Positions 1 to 9,700 of a DNA stretch of 43,565 nt are shown here, piece after piece; the stretch's first letter is position 1; every line of letters begins with the position of its first letter. The translations under genes were made by a program, and so were the position numbers. The notes under the pieces were generated by a model. That model was not told where the DNA came from, did not search any database, and saw only the letters and a program-made list of their open reading frames with translations. Source of the stretch: a virus (Duplodnaviria; Caudoviricetes); IMG/VR virus record IMGVR_UViG_3300022741_000073, positions 1 to 43,565 of that record. One strand, written 5' to 3'.

Positions 1-207
1 TCAACGAGCAGGTACCCACGCACACAGCCGGGCGCCGGTCAGATTGTGCGCCAGCAACTGCTCGGCAGTGCCGTCGGTGAACACGTCGGCCCGGCTGGTG
101 TAGATCGGGCGGAAAGCGGCACAGCCGCCGTCAGTCCCGGCTCCATTGGTCGCGCAGCCGCTCAGCAGCGCCAGCAGGATGCTGGCGCAGATCATCCTCA
201 ATCCCAT
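1..207 (-). CDS. Outer-membrane spanin lipoprotein (Rz1-like)
   Basis: Signal peptide with lipobox LLSGC; small, Cys-containing; overlaps the 3' end of the i-spanin gene. Confidence 0.75.
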   Translation of the reverse strand: MGLRMICASILLALLSGCATNGAGTDGGCAAFRPIYTSRADVFTDGTAEQLLAHNLTGARLCAWVPAR

Positions 208-376
208 GGCGCACCTCTGCGGCCCGAAGGGCCTGCGTGGTCGACTCGAGAGCGGCGTCCTGCCGCCCGGCTTGGCGCTGAAGCGCGCCGAAGGTGACGA
301 TCCCCGCCAGCACCAGGCTGGCGAGGATCAGGCCGGCAGCCGCTCGGCCCCAGCCCGTGGTGAGGATGGCCAGCAT
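131..376 (-). CDS. Inner-membrane spanin (Rz-like), 81 aa
   Basis: Starts MLAILTTGWG at 376, overlapping the endolysin stop. N-terminal TM segment then a helical periplasmic part. Confidence 0.7.
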   Translation of the reverse strand: MLAILTTGWGRAAAGLILASLVLAGIVTFGALQRQAGRQDAALESTTQALRAAEVRHGIEDDLRQHPAGAAERLRDQWSRD

Positions 377-1137
377 CAGGCCGCCTTGCGCTGGTCGTCC
401 CAGCGCCGGTAGAGCATCACCACCACCGCCGCCCCCAGCAAGCCGGCCACCGCCCAGCCCAGCGCCCCCGACGGCAGCGCCTCCAGCAGTTCCTTGATGG
501 CGGTGGAGACGTCGCGCGCCTGGTCCAGCAGGACGGCAACGCCGGCGAGGCCGAGCGCACCGCCACCGCTGACGGCGCTCACCGACTTGGCCATCGGCTT
601 CATGGCCTGGGCCAGCTCGGCAACCCGGCTGACCGGGTGGACCTCGTCCGACAGGAACAGCGCCGCCTCGGCCGCCCGCCGCTTGACCAGGCCGGGCATC
701 ACCTTGCCGGCGCCACGGGTCCATTTGGCGAACTCGGCCGCGGCGCCGGCGGCGTCACCACCGTTCAGCTTGCGCAGCAGGGTCGAGGGCTGGCCGCTCT
801 TCAAGGTGACGAACCCGTCCTTGCCGGCGTCCTTGCCCTTGGCTTTCCGGCCGGCGCCAACGTTCATGACGAACGCCGTCAGCGCGCCGCGCTGGGTGTC
901 GGCCAGCTCGACGGTGACAGCGCGGTCGACCACCGCCGCGGCGGTGTCGAGGTCGGCCTGCAGCAGCTGCTCGGCCTGCGCCTGGGTGATGCGCAGGCCC
1001 GGCCGGACGTCCGGGCCGGTGTGGCCGTAGCCGATCGTCCAGGGTGCCCCGCCGGTGGCGGGATCCGGGTAGGCGGTGAGGCGCAGGCCTTCGGCCTCCT
1101 TCACCAGCTCGACGGCGGCTTGCGGAATGGAACGCAT
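376..1137 (-). CDS. Endolysin, GH24 phage lysozyme, with hydrophobic C-terminal extension
   Basis: EGLRLTAYPD..WTIGYGHT catalytic region, STLLRKLN, GLVKRRAAEAALF. Confidence 0.92.
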   Translation of the reverse strand: MRSIPQAAVELVKEAEGLRLTAYPDPATGGAPWTIGYGHTGPDVRPGLRITQAQAEQLLQADLDTAAAVVDRAVTVELADTQRGALTAFVMNVGAGRKAKGKDAGKDGFVTLKSGQPSTLLRKLNGGDAAGAAAEFAKWTRGAGKVMPGLVKRRAAEAALFLSDEVHPVSRVAELAQAMKPMAKSVSAVSGGGALGLAGVAVLLDQARDVSTAIKELLEALPSGALGWAVAGLLGAAVVVMLYRRWDDQRKAA

Positions 1138-1151
1138 GGGATCCTCCAGGC

Positions 1152-1176
1152 ATGAAAAAGGCCGCTCGCGGCGGCC
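1152..1176 (-). terminator. Putative intrinsic terminator upstream of endolysin
   Basis: GGCCGC/GCGGCC stem (1160-1176) followed by TTTTT on the minus strand. Confidence 0.5.
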
Positions 1177-1212
1177 GGGGATGGTCAGGGATTGGAGTGT
1201 TGTCGCGGCCGA

Positions 1213-1971
1213 TCAGTCGGGCCAGCCGGCCAGCTCGTCCACTGCGGCCGGATCGGCGGCGGCCAAGGCCGCGTCCTTCAGGTCCCGCGCATGCTGGACC
1301 GTGGCGGAATAGGCGAGCGCCACCGCGGCGGCCAGGGCGATCCCGTCGGCCGGGGTCGGCAGCGGCAGGCGGGTGTTGTCGATGGCGATCCAGCCTTGGG
1401 CATAGCTCTCCGGCCAGGCAGGCAGCGCGCCCGACAGCACCAGCCCCGCCGTTGTCGCCATGCCACCCAGATCGGTTCGGCTGGCATCGGAGGTCGAAAA
1501 GCGCTTGCCTCCATGCAGGGCGCCCAGCCCGAGCCGACGGTCGCGCGCCGCGTCGATGTCCCGAACCTTGGCGACGCGGGCGGCGGCCAGTTGGCCGGCG
1601 ATCTCCTCCGGCGTCAGCGGCACCAGAGTGTAGGTGACGGTCGCGGCCTCGTCGTCGATGGGCCACGCCTCGACGGGGGTGCGGACCGCCCGCAGTCCCG
1701 GCTCGGACGGTGGACCCGGATCGACCACCGGCCTCACGGTCAGGGTCGGGCACATGGCCGCCCAGTCCTCCGGCGTCCACAACGTCCAGGCCTCCGGCGG
1801 GTGGGTGATGAGTTGCACCTCCTCCACCTCCGCGAACTCGGCCGGCGCGTCGGGATCGTCGCTCTGAACCGGGCGCCGCACGGTGACCGCGAGAGGGCAG
1901 GAGAAGCTTGCCGGGGACTGGACCAGGACGCGCGTTCCATCCGGATGGATGAGGACTGCGGGAAGCTGCAT
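1213..1971 (-). CDS. Tail-fibre-associated protein (DUF4376-like C-terminus), 252 aa
   Basis: Start MQLPAV at 1971. C-terminal KVRDIDAARDRR..WIAIDNTRLPL..ARDLKDAALAA..GW pattern; sits after the fibre genes. Confidence 0.65.
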   Translation of the reverse strand: MQLPAVLIHPDGTRVLVQSPASFSCPLAVTVRRPVQSDDPDAPAEFAEVEEVQLITHPPEAWTLWTPEDWAAMCPTLTVRPVVDPGPPSEPGLRAVRTPVEAWPIDDEAATVTYTLVPLTPEEIAGQLAAARVAKVRDIDAARDRRLGLGALHGGKRFSTSDASRTDLGGMATTAGLVLSGALPAWPESYAQGWIAIDNTRLPLPTPADGIALAAAVALAYSATVQHARDLKDAALAAADPAAVDELAGWPD

Positions 1972-1982
1972 GGGTTTGCCCC

Positions 1983-2942
1983 TCAAAGGCCATTGGTTGC
2001 GGTGTTGTAGAAGAACTGCAGCGGACCGGCCCCACGCGCCTGCAGGGCCAGGGACCGCGTCTCGGTCGCCGACCAGCGCAGCCGGACGGGGGTGAGGCCG
2101 GCCGGCAGCTTGACGGTCTGCGCCGCATCGCTGACCAGCGTGGCGTTTGCCTTGGTCGGAGACGCAGCGTTGCCGCCGATCCAGCACCAGGCGCGATCCT
2201 GGGCGGTGAGGCTCAGGCTGTAGCTGCCGGCCCGCGGCACATGGATCGCCCCGCGGACATCGAGCGAGACATTTGCCCCGCCTTGGTCGGACGGGTCCGG
2301 CCACGCCCGGGCGCCGATGTCGGTTGCCGCGCCGTCGAACACGGCCTCGTCGGTCAGCCAGCTGCCGGCATAGCGCCGGACGTAGACCCCGGCCGCCATG
2401 GCCGCGGGCACCTGCGGAACGAACAGATAGCCGGCGCCGTCGCTGGTCTGCGCCACACCGGGGCCGGACCATGACAGGGTGACCCTGCCGCCACCGACGA
2501 TGCCGCCGGGCGGTTTGCCGCCGAAGACGAAGAACGGGTAATAGCTGCCGGCCAGCAGGCTCAGCGTCCTGCTGACGGTTCGGGTGCCATCGCCGCGGGC
2601 GTCGATGATCGTGTGTCCGTCATCGGCGCCCGGAAAATCGAAGACTGCCGGGTGCGGGGCGGTGCCGACCCAGGCGAAGGCGCCGCCGTCGGTGGAGAGG
2701 GAGAAGGTCCAGTCCCCCGATGTCGGCGGGCGGAAATAGGTCATGTAGACGAAGGTCTGGCCGTACCCCATGTCCTCGGAAATCGACGGGAGAACGGCGC
2801 CGGCCCGGGTCTGATAGTTTTCCTGGGTGAAGAAATCGACCGAGCTGCCGAAATATGTGGAGTAGGCGGATCGGGCCACGCCGGCACTCCAGAGCGCGGT
2901 CTGTCCGCCCCCGGCGAACATCATGCCGCCAAAGCCCAGCAT
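1983..2942 (-). CDS. PA14/GLEYA-like beta-sandwich protein, putative receptor-binding protein, 319 aa
   Basis: YFRPPTSGDWTFSLSTDGGAFAWVG..LLAGSYYPF and a second unit GAIHVPRAGSYSLSL..RAWCWIGG. Start overlaps the fibre gene stop. Confidence 0.6.
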   Translation of the reverse strand: MLGFGGMMFAGGGQTALWSAGVARSAYSTYFGSSVDFFTQENYQTRAGAVLPSISEDMGYGQTFVYMTYFRPPTSGDWTFSLSTDGGAFAWVGTAPHPAVFDFPGADDGHTIIDARGDGTRTVSRTLSLLAGSYYPFFVFGGKPPGGIVGGGRVTLSWSGPGVAQTSDGAGYLFVPQVPAAMAAGVYVRRYAGSWLTDEAVFDGAATDIGARAWPDPSDQGGANVSLDVRGAIHVPRAGSYSLSLTAQDRAWCWIGGNAASPTKANATLVSDAAQTVKLPAGLTPVRLRWSATETRSLALQARGAGPLQFFYNTATNGL

Positions 2943-4312
2943 CACGCGCCTCCGACGATGCTGTAATGGACGCAGCCGGCCACTTTGATGCTGTAGCAGA
3001 TGATCGACCATTTCCCGGCCGCCGGGCTGACCACGCCGGAGCCCATCTTGATCCAGGCGTTGCCGTGACTGACGGTGCGACCGCCGGTCCCATCCTGATG
3101 CACATAGATTTCTCCCGACTGGCCCAGCGGAAAGGCCGCCGGGTTGGGCAGGGTCAGCGGGCCGGTCAGATCGCCGATGACGAAATCCTGGGCGGCGGTG
3201 AAGTCCAGGACGATGGTGGAGGCGAAGGGGACGGCCGCCTGTTTGCCCGTCGCCGGTGCCCCGAATGCCACGCGTGCCGATGTCGCACCAACCCGGCTAA
3301 CTGTCAGCCATGCATACGATGCGGTGTAGGCGTCATTGACCAGACGACAAGTCAGGGCACCGTTGATCGGCAGCCAATCCCAATATTTGGCATCCGTCCC
3401 GGCGTCAGTTTCCTTCAGGCAAATGGTCGGATCGGTGCCTGCCACATCGATGCGATACGATGAAGTCAAGGACCCTACGGAGAGGGTGCCGGTGACGGCA
3501 ACATTTCCGCCCGCCGACCCACGAAGCGCCTCGGTCCCACCCGCGACAAGGCTGATGGTGTCCGCCCCGCCGACCTGGGCGATACCGGTGTTGCTGTCAC
3601 CCGCCACCGCCAGTCCCGGGGCGGCAGCGGTCCCGGGTGGAACCCCCACCGCCCCGGCATAAGCCCCACCGGTTTTCGGCACATAGTTGGCCGGGTTCCA
3701 GGTCTGCGCCGCCGCCGCGGAGGCCGCGGCCTCTGCCGCCTTGTCGATGGCGACCTGCGCTTTCTGCGTCGCCGTGCTGGCCGATCCGGCGGCCTCCCCG
3801 GCCTTGGTCGTGGCAATGCCGGCCTGTTGCCCGGCAACCGTGGCGGAAGCGGCCGCGTCCCCGGCCCTGGCCGTCGCGATCCCGGCCTGTTGCGTCGCCG
3901 TCGTCGCAGACGCCGCGGCATTGCCTTCGCTGGTGGCCGCCGCCAGCTTCGACGCATTGGCCGCCGTGGCGCTGCCGGATGCGGCCGACGCACTGCCGGC
4001 GGCAGCGGTGGCGGACCCGGCGGCGTTGCCCTCGCTGGTGGCCGCCGCCAGCTTGGAGGCATTGGCAGCCGTGGCGCTGCCGGCCGCGGCGGTTGCCGAT
4101 GCGGCGGCATTGCCCTCGCTGGCGGAGGCCGCCGTCATGGCGGTGCCCACCCCGTTGGCCACCGTGCCGATGTCCTGGATGCAGGGATCCCAGTTGTCGG
4201 CCATGCCGCCGACCCCGGTGAGGCCGCCCGGGTTCTGCGCCGTCTTCTCATCGCCGTTGTAGTAGCTCAGCAGCCGCTGGGCTGCCGCCAGCATGGTGGC
4301 CAGCGTCGTCAT
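2942..4312 (-). CDS. Tail fibre protein with Ala/Ser-rich repeats
   Basis: Repeated SEGNAAxSATAAAGSA..ANASKLAAAT; GTAAAPGL..GDSNTGI fibre motif; C-terminal QDGTGGRTV domain. Confidence 0.75.
   Translation of the reverse strand: MTTLATMLAAAQRLLSYYNGDEKTAQNPGGLTGVGGMADNWDPCIQDIGTVANGVGTAMTAASASEGNAAASATAAAGSATAANASKLAAATSEGNAAGSATAAAGSASAASGSATAANASKLAAATSEGNAAASATTATQQAGIATARAGDAAASATVAGQQAGIATTKAGEAAGSASTATQKAQVAIDKAAEAAASAAAAQTWNPANYVPKTGGAYAGAVGVPPGTAAAPGLAVAGDSNTGIAQVGGADTISLVAGGTEALRGSAGGNVAVTGTLSVGSLTSSYRIDVAGTDPTICLKETDAGTDAKYWDWLPINGALTCRLVNDAYTASYAWLTVSRVGATSARVAFGAPATGKQAAVPFASTIVLDFTAAQDFVIGDLTGPLTLPNPAAFPLGQSGEIYVHQDGTGGRTVSHGNAWIKMGSGVVSPAAGKWSIICYSIKVAGCVHYSIVGGA
3916..4120 (-). 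repeat. Imperfect coding direct repeats in the tail fibre gene
   Basis: Unit GSATAANASKLAAATSEGNAA occurs twice and SEGNAA three times, with matching DNA similarity. Confidence 0.7.
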
Positions 4313-5220
4313 GTCGTCACCTCACCAAGGGAAATCGTGGCGGCGCTGTGCAGGTCGTTCAGGTACTTCTGGCCGAAGTCCTCGATGACCTGGAAAAGCC
4401 CGCCGTAGCGGTAGCAGTCGAAGGCGCTGTCGGTGTCGGGCAGCCACACCGCCGGCCGGTCGGCGTCGAGGAAGGCGATCAGGTCGAACAGGCGGTCGCG
4501 GTCGCCCGCCTCGTTGACGGTGCGGTCCAGCGTGGCGGTGCGCCGGCCGCGTCCGGGCTCCACCGCCACCCCGCCGCCGGCCAGCTCGGTCACCGTGCCG
4601 CCGCGGCGGTAGCCCTCGGCCGACGCGCCGACATGGCGGTCGATTGCCAAGCTGTCGCCGGCCCAGCCGAAGCCGATGCGATAGGCCTGCTCGGTGGTGC
4701 TGTAGCGGCTGCCGGTCACCCGGTAGGCCGGGCCGTGGATCGTCCAGCGCAGCACCTGCGCGCTGCACAGCGGCATCGTCACATGGATGTTCGTCGGGTA
4801 GCGCAGGAACTCCCGGGCGCCCAGCTGGCCCAGCACGGTGTTCTCACCGCCGTAGCGCAGCGTCTTCGGATCGTAGAGCCCCGGCAGCACCAGGCGGTCG
4901 ATGCCGCCGGCGGCCTGCGTGCTGAAGGCCAGCGAGGTCCGCGCACTGGTCTTGAAGGCCTCCAGCCGGATACGCCCGGTCTTCCACAGGTTGGTCCGGT
5001 AGAGCCCGGCATAGGTCAGGTCGATGGGGCGCGGCCATTCCCATTCCAGCACCACCGGCTCGTTCCGGCTGCCGATCCGGGTGGACACCGCGGCGTCCAC
5101 CAGCGGCAGCGTCTTCAGCGCGTCGAGCGGGGCCGTGGGGCTCCAGTCGCCTGCCATCCCGGTGATGGCGCAGTCCTGTTCCGACAGCTCGTTGATGTGG
5201 GCCAGCAATCCGGTCGCCAT
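4309..5220 (-). CDS. Putative tail-tip/distal tail protein, 303 aa
   Basis: Coupled ORF between tape measure and fibre genes; no specific motif recognised. Confidence 0.55.
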   Translation of the reverse strand: MATGLLAHINELSEQDCAITGMAGDWSPTAPLDALKTLPLVDAAVSTRIGSRNEPVVLEWEWPRPIDLTYAGLYRTNLWKTGRIRLEAFKTSARTSLAFSTQAAGGIDRLVLPGLYDPKTLRYGGENTVLGQLGAREFLRYPTNIHVTMPLCSAQVLRWTIHGPAYRVTGSRYSTTEQAYRIGFGWAGDSLAIDRHVGASAEGYRRGGTVTELAGGGVAVEPGRGRRTATLDRTVNEAGDRDRLFDLIAFLDADRPAVWLPDTDSAFDCYRYGGLFQVIEDFGQKYLNDLHSAATISLGEVTT

Positions 5221-5223
5221 GGC

Positions 5224-6798
5224 TCACCGCGCCACATAGAGGGTGGCGCCGCCGCTGCGGTCGGCAACGGTCCGGCCATAGACCACCGCCGCCGCCCCGT
5301 CGGCGAAGCCGGCGATGTCGTCCTCCACCGTCACGGTGTCGCCGATCCAGACGCCGGGCGCCCCGTCCAGCACCGGCAGCTCGTAGAGGGTCGGCGGCGC
5401 CGACAGCTCGGCCACCCAGGCCGGCAGCTCGGCCGCCGCGTCGGCGCCGAAGGTCAGGGCGGTCTCGACGGTCACCACCTTGGCCGCGCTGCCCCAGGCT
5501 GCGGCGATCCGGTCGTCTACCACGGACGGGACCTCGACCCATTCCTGGGTCCAGCGGGTGGCGTCGGCTGCGGTGGCGTCGGTGGCGGCGCTGCTGGGCG
5601 GGCTGGGGTTGTGGGCGCAGCGCAGCACCACCTGCTTGGCCGGCGGGTTGTGCTGGCCCTCGACATACTGCAGGCCCGTGGTGGTGCCGGCGGCGCTGCT
5701 GTAGGCGCGCACCGATGCCGCCGCGCTGGGACGGGGAACGCGGGTCACCACCAGCTGGCCGGCGGTGCCGACATACCAGCCGCCGCGCGGCACGCTGCCG
5801 ACGAACTTGGCGTAAGCCGCGGCGTGGGTGGTGCCGTCGCCGGCGGCGAGGAAGAGACCCACCGTGCGCGGCACCGCGTCGATGCCGGCGCTGTCCACCG
5901 TGCCGGCCAGCCCGGCACCGGTGGCCAGGGCGGCGATCAGCTCGCCGATATACCGGCGGTAAGTGCCGGCGAACTTGCGGCCCAGCACCTCGAGGCGGAA
6001 GTCGGCATATTTCACCGTGGTGGTGACGATCCCGCTGGCGAGGTCGACCGTGAAGTGCGCGTTGTCGCTCGGCACACTGGCTGACTGCCTGGTCACCGCG
6101 ACACCGGAAGACCAGCCCCGCGGCACGTCCTGCACCGGCTTGCCGCCGCCGACGGACCAGCGGTGGAAACCGTCGACGATGCCGAGATAGGTCGGCCGCG
6201 CCATCGGGCAGTGCCCGAGCGGCACCTCCTTCAACGTGTCCTTCAGCTCGGCCGGCCCCTCGTAGCCGCCGGTGCCCTTGTAGCGCTCGGTCTGGATCGG
6301 CGTGTCGTAGTCGAGGCGGGAGTCGTAGATCGGCAGGGCGATCTCGGTGCGCTTGGGCTTGGGCTGACCGACCCGGGCGGTCCAGACGGTCACCGCCTCG
6401 GCCAGCGGTGCCCCGTCCTCGATCTCGCGCTCGCTCACCGCCTGGATGACATAGTCGCCGGTCAGCAGCAGGTCGAGCGGCCGGTCGTCGAGGGCGACGC
6501 GCAGCCAGGCGCCGGTGTCGATGTCCTGCAGGGTGGCGAAGCGCTGCGCCGGGTTGCGGCTGGTCTCGTTGCGCAGCACCAGGTCGCCGATCCGCAGCTC
6601 GGCCTGCCCGTCGGCGGCGCCCAGGCTGCCGATGGACACCGACGCGTCGGCGCCGGCAGTCACCAGCGGCAGCCAGGTGACGTTCGGCGGATCGTCGGCC
6701 GGGCCGGACTGGTAGCCGGGGAAGGTGGCCAGCGGCAGCCGGTGGCGGTGGCCGCTGGGGCGGTGGAACAGGGTGAGGTCGACGAGACGCACCTTCAT
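5224..6798 (-). CDS. Putative tail-tip/hub protein, 524 aa
   Basis: Start MKVRLVD overlaps the tape measure stop. YKGTGGYEGPAELKD..P..LG motif of alphaproteobacterial prophage tail proteins. Confidence 0.6.
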   Translation of the reverse strand: MKVRLVDLTLFHRPSGHRHRLPLATFPGYQSGPADDPPNVTWLPLVTAGADASVSIGSLGAADGQAELRIGDLVLRNETSRNPAQRFATLQDIDTGAWLRVALDDRPLDLLLTGDYVIQAVSEREIEDGAPLAEAVTVWTARVGQPKPKRTEIALPIYDSRLDYDTPIQTERYKGTGGYEGPAELKDTLKEVPLGHCPMARPTYLGIVDGFHRWSVGGGKPVQDVPRGWSSGVAVTRQSASVPSDNAHFTVDLASGIVTTTVKYADFRLEVLGRKFAGTYRRYIGELIAALATGAGLAGTVDSAGIDAVPRTVGLFLAAGDGTTHAAAYAKFVGSVPRGGWYVGTAGQLVVTRVPRPSAAASVRAYSSAAGTTTGLQYVEGQHNPPAKQVVLRCAHNPSPPSSAATDATAADATRWTQEWVEVPSVVDDRIAAAWGSAAKVVTVETALTFGADAAAELPAWVAELSAPPTLYELPVLDGAPGVWIGDTVTVEDDIAGFADGAAAVVYGRTVADRSGGATLYVAR

Positions 6799-9700
6799 CA
6801 GGCGGCCCTCCGGGTGTTGGCGAGTTTGCGGGGCAGGTCGCCGGTGGCCGCCTCGACGCGGGCCAACAGGGCGGCGGCATCGGCGCCGATGCGGGCGCGC
6901 TGGGTGAGGGCGTCGCGGCCGATGGCGCGGATATCGTCGCGCAGGCCCTCCACGGCCTCCAGCAGCTCGGCCACGCCGGCGCCGCCGGCATCGAGGTCGG
7001 GGCGGCGGAAGGAGACCGTCGGCGCCGGCGGAGACAGACCGCTCACCGCCGCGTCGAAGGCCGACGCGATCCGCAGGCTGTCGGCGCTGGAGGCCACCGC
7101 CGCCCCGCCCCCCTGCCACAGCAGCTCAGGCCCGCGCTCGCCCACCCAGACGGCGCCGGGCGGCGTGGACAGGGTGCCGGCGGCGAAGCCGGGGATGTGC
7201 CGCGTCCCCGCCAGCACCTCGTCGATGCCGGCCCGCATGAACCACTCGGCAAGGTCGAAAGCCGGATTGGCCGCTCTTGCCGCCTGGATGTCCGGGAATT
7301 GCCCGAAGTTGGCCTCGATGTCGGCGGCGCTGAAGGCCAGCAGGCGCCGCCGCTTGTCCGCCAGCGTCGAGACCGCCGACTCGAAGCTGCCCGCCTTGCC
7401 GGCACTCGTGGCAAGCCAGATGTTCAGCGAGTCGTCGATGGCCCCTTGCCAGCCGATTTGCCGGGTGACGGCCAGCTGCTGCCCGGCCGACAGGCTGTCC
7501 CAATCGGCCTGAATGGCGGCGGGAGCGGCGTAGCGGGACGCATCGACCGTGGTCGGCTGGGTCGTTCCCGGCGTCGTGCCGGGCGTCGTGCCGGTCAGCT
7601 TCTGGAGCGGGGACAGCGCCGCCTGCCAGACGGCATAGCTCTGGTCCATGACGTCGCGCAGGCCGGACAGGCTGCCCAGCTGGCGCTGCCCGAACCCGGC
7701 GGCCTCGGCCCGGGCCTTCTGCAGCTCCTTCAGCTGGTCCTGCGCCACCTGCAGATCCTGGGTGGCGGTGTCGAGGCTCAGCCCGCCGGTGTCGCCCAGC
7801 TCGGCAAAGACCCGGTCCACCTTGTCGAACAGCGTCGATGCGGTGCCGCCGCTGGCCGCCTTCTCCAGCGCCACCAGGGTGGGACCGACCTGCAGCAGGG
7901 TCTGCCGGGCGGTGTCCTTGTCGGCATCGGTGGAGCTGCTGTCCTTCAGCACCGCATAGGCGGCGTCGAAGCGGTCGGTTGCCTCCTGGATCTTCTGGCG
8001 CGGCGCCAGCGGCGAGTCGTCGCCCTCGCGCAGGGCGGCGCGGGCATCCTTGAACTGCTGGGCGGCCTGCAACAGGGCGATGGCGCCGGACTGGATGGAG
8101 TCGACCACCTCCTGCCGGGCGGCGATCTCGCGGTCGTAGGCGTCCAGCAGGTCCTGCTGTGCCAGGGTGAAGGCTTGGGCACCCCGTTCCGCCATTTGCA
8201 CCAGGCGCAGCCGGGTGGTGTCGTAGCCGGCCGCGGTGGCGTCTGCCAGGGCGGCGGCGTGCTGGGCGTCCAGCGCGATCAGCCCGGCGCCGCGGCTGTT
8301 GCCGAGCGCCGCAGCCATCCGGCCGGTGATGTCGGCCTGGTAGGAGGCGAGTGCCTTGGCCTTTTCGGCCGCCGTCTGGGCGGCATCGGCGCTGTCCTGC
8401 CACGCCTGGGTCAGATACCCCACCATGGTGGTGTACTGGTCACCGCTGATGGTGCCGTCGTAGAGCGCCCCATTCAGCCGGCCCAGCGCCGCCCGCTCGG
8501 CCTCGATGGTCAGCGTGCCGCTGGATGCCGCCCGCTCCACCCCGTCGATGACACCGGCCAGTCCGGCAATCGCCGCATTCGTGCGGTCGAGACCCAACCC
8601 CTGCAGCCGGTCCAGCGCGCTGGACTTGGCGCTGGGGTCGATCAGGGCCTCGATGGCGACGGCCCCCTGTCTCTGCACATAGGCCACCGCGTCGGCGTAG
8701 CTGTCCTGCAGGCGTCGGGTGTAGCGCGCCGCCAGTTCGGCCACCTCGCCGGTGGTGTAGCCCAGCGACAGCAGGGCCGGGCGGAACTGTTCGAACTCGA
8801 TCTCGGCCTGCTTCGTGGCCGCGGCCATGCCCACCAGCGGCTCGGTGGCCGGGCCGAGACCCATCATCGCCTCGATGCCCTTGCGGGCGGCGGCGGTCAG
8901 CTCGGTCTCGGTCGCCAGCCCCAGCTCGCTGGCCTTGCTGCGCCAATCGGTGATGTTGGTTTTCACCGACTCGCCGATGGCCTTCGAGTTGTCGGTGAAG
9001 GTCTTCAGCAGGTTGTTCGTCGGATCCAGGCTCGCGTTCATCCCGTCGAGCTGCTGGCGGAAACCGGCGGCGAAGCCCAGGTCGGTGGCCAGATCCTCGG
9101 CCTTGGTCGCCTTGGACGTGGTCAGCGCCGTCTTGACGTCGTCGTTGGCGCCGGTCAGCTGGCCGGTGCCGATCAGACCCTTCAGGCTCTCGCGCATGTA
9201 GAAGGCGATGGCCTCGTTCTGGTCGGTGAACGCGGTCTTCTGCCCGGCCTTGTCGCCCACGGTCGGGGTGACGTACCATTTGCCGTCCTTGGCGAACTGC
9301 TGGATGAGCGCCGTGTTGACGCCGTCGCCACCGGTCAGCTTGCCGCCGATGCCCGACACGATGGCGTTCATCGATGCCGCGACCGCGTCGGTGACCTGCT
9401 GCATCTGGCCGGCGTCGGCGCCGTTGTCCGCCAGGGCGGTGTCGGTGCGGAACCCGCCCTTGCCGTTCAGGACGATGTTGCCCGAGCTGTTGGGGCCGAC
9501 GGTCGCCTTCTGCGTGCCGATCATGCCCATGATGCCGCCGACCACGGCACCGATGGCCAGCCCGATCGGCCCGCCGATGGCACCCAAGCCCATGGCGGAG
9601 GCCAAGTAAGACGCACCGGCGCCCAGCGCCGCACCGGACAAGCCACCCACCGCCTTGGAATTGGCGGCGGTGCCCAGATATCCGCCGATGGTGCCGCCGA

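Noticed and set aside
1213-4312. Diversity-generating retroelement or invertible tail-fibre cassette
   Set aside because: No reverse transcriptase, no template/variable repeat pair, and no inverted fibre segments or flanking inversion sites seen.
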